Shown: in pieces, positions 62,455 through 64,000 of the stretch
Position numbering within the stretch: the first letter of the stretch is position 1
How the letters are laid out: every line of letters begins with the position of its first letter
NCBI GenBank assembly: GCA_965603825.1
Contig: CBFDEM010000056.1
Span: 868,001 to 932,000, forward strand
DNA length: 64,000 bases
Direction: 5' to 3'
From: Blepharisma stoltei ATCC 30299
Taxonomy: Eukaryota; Protista; Ciliophora
Program-made: the position numbers and the translations under genes
Notes under the pieces: generated by a model
Told to the model about the DNA's origin: nothing
Database searches by the model: none
What the model saw: only the letters and a program-made list of their open reading frames with translations

Positions 62455-64000
62455 ATGCAGGAGCCAATGCCTTTGAATTTTTATATGCAGAAAAGCTGAT
62501 GTGACGCAAAAGATGGTCTAGGAGTTTGAAGGGTAGGGAGGATAAAAAAGCGGCAAAAAAATCTCATAACTATTCATTTTGATGGGTGAAGTGACAAATG
62601 GAAACAAGTTTATTGCCTTCATTCAGATTTAATAGCACCGTTCCGCATGCACTCTAAAGGATATACAGGGCAGTCAAAATTAGCTCTTAGGGAATGAGAT
62701 TACAGTGAAGACAACTTAAAAATTCATGAAGGAAAAATAGACCTGCTTGTCAGAAATGAATTTTCTGTATTCAATGCTAGAGAATTGACAAGCTTTCTTA
62801 GAGGCGATTTATTTATACAAGTGGACTGTTTAATGAGCTTTACATATACAAATCCATCAAAAGACATCCCAAGAGTCTGCGTCTACTTCAATTATGTTTT
62901 AGATATCATTATAAAATGGCTCCAAATAGCACCTAGTAAATTTGAAGGCTCCAATTTTAAAGATCCAGACGCTTATTTATATGAAAGGCCTACGTCTATA
63001 TATAAGGCAGGCTACGAAATGCTGGAAACCTTAATCAACATTTTAGGACTTAACCCAAGGACTGCAAAATTCTATGAAAAATACAAAGCACTCACGAACA
63101 CAAAGCAGCTTATACAGAATTTTATGAATAAACAAGGGATGATTTATATAAAAAATATTATTGAAAGTAAGCTACCTTTGGAAGATTTTTGGAATTTTTT
63201 AGTAGTTCTTCCTCAATTATTTGCAGCAGGTGGTGCAAGTGCAGCTAACAGATATATCCCGGATTATTTAGAAGCATTAGTAAACAGTCTTGACAGCATC
63301 AGTGATGAAGGCATGATGGAAATTTCAAATAATTATCAAAAACTAGAGCAGTTTATAGAAAACTCCAACAATATGATGAAGCTGGTCCTCCCTGACAATC
63401 AAAGGGAAGTCTATATTAACCTTTTCCGAAGCAAGTTTAGAATGGATAGACAGTCTTTTATAATGAAGCGGGCAACAGAGTCAGTTTTAGAGTCTTCTAA
63501 AGATGCCAGCCCTGAAATCCCCACCCCAATTATCGACTTCCATGAGCCCAAATCATTTCCGACCCCAAAAGAAAGTTCTAAACCTAAACTCCCGATTCCC
63601 CCTAAAAGTCCTCAGCGTCCTCCTGTCTACTCTGCCCCATCCATTCCACAGTCTTCTCCTCAGTCTTCTTCTCAAATTTCCACCCCAGCCCTATTAGAAA
63701 TCCAACTTTCCCTTTCAAACTTAAAATCCTACGTAGAATCCAAACACCAAGAATGCGTCGATCTAATAGAAAAATCATTAAAAACTGGACTTGATAAAAA
63801 ACAAGAAAATGACTATAAATTAGAAGAAGTTTTTAAGGCGCATAATTCTTGTGATCACCAAGAATTTGCAGTCTTAAGTGCCATGGAATTTTTGCTGACT
63901 GAAAACAAGGTCCAGGATGCCTTAAAACTGCTGAGGTGGAGGAAAAAAATATTAAAATTAGCTAATATGAATGGATGGGAAATAGCTGAAGATGTAGCCA
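62455..64000 (+). CDS. large protein (3' partial) with N-terminal Tudor/MBT-like domain; absent from ORF track
   Basis: (W)CDAKD..G.(W)RVG.I....ITIHFDG(W)SDKW...S..IAPFR..S.GYTG; open to window end with four TGA. Confidence 0.75.

Overview
Gene-dense, AT-rich eukaryotic DNA, most consistent with the macronuclear genome of a heterotrich ciliate of the Blepharisma type (inference). Two sequence-visible properties explain almost all fragmentation in the ORF track. (1) UGA is read as Trp: in-frame TGA falls on conserved Trp positions in many proteins, and every reconstructed gene ends in TAA or TAG. (2) Spliceosomal introns are only 15-16 nt; I located 13, all GTA...A-nnn-AG with an invariant A six nt from the 3' end. 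Re-reading with these rules gives about 49 protein genes (kinases, ribosomal proteins, ciliary/microtubule, lysosomal and repair genes, two absent from the track), 4 tRNA genes (Phe, Arg, Ser, Gln) and one Rab-like pseudogene carrying an antisense gene-fragment insertion. No transposase, CRISPR array, rRNA or telomeric repeat was seen. The code and tiny introns are already known for this lineage. Candidate novelties are more modest: a head-to-head NADAR/AP-endonuclease pair, an augmin HAUS5-like gene, paired acidic proteins beside ribosomal protein genes, a CDPK pseudokinase, and the captured fragment in the pseudogene.
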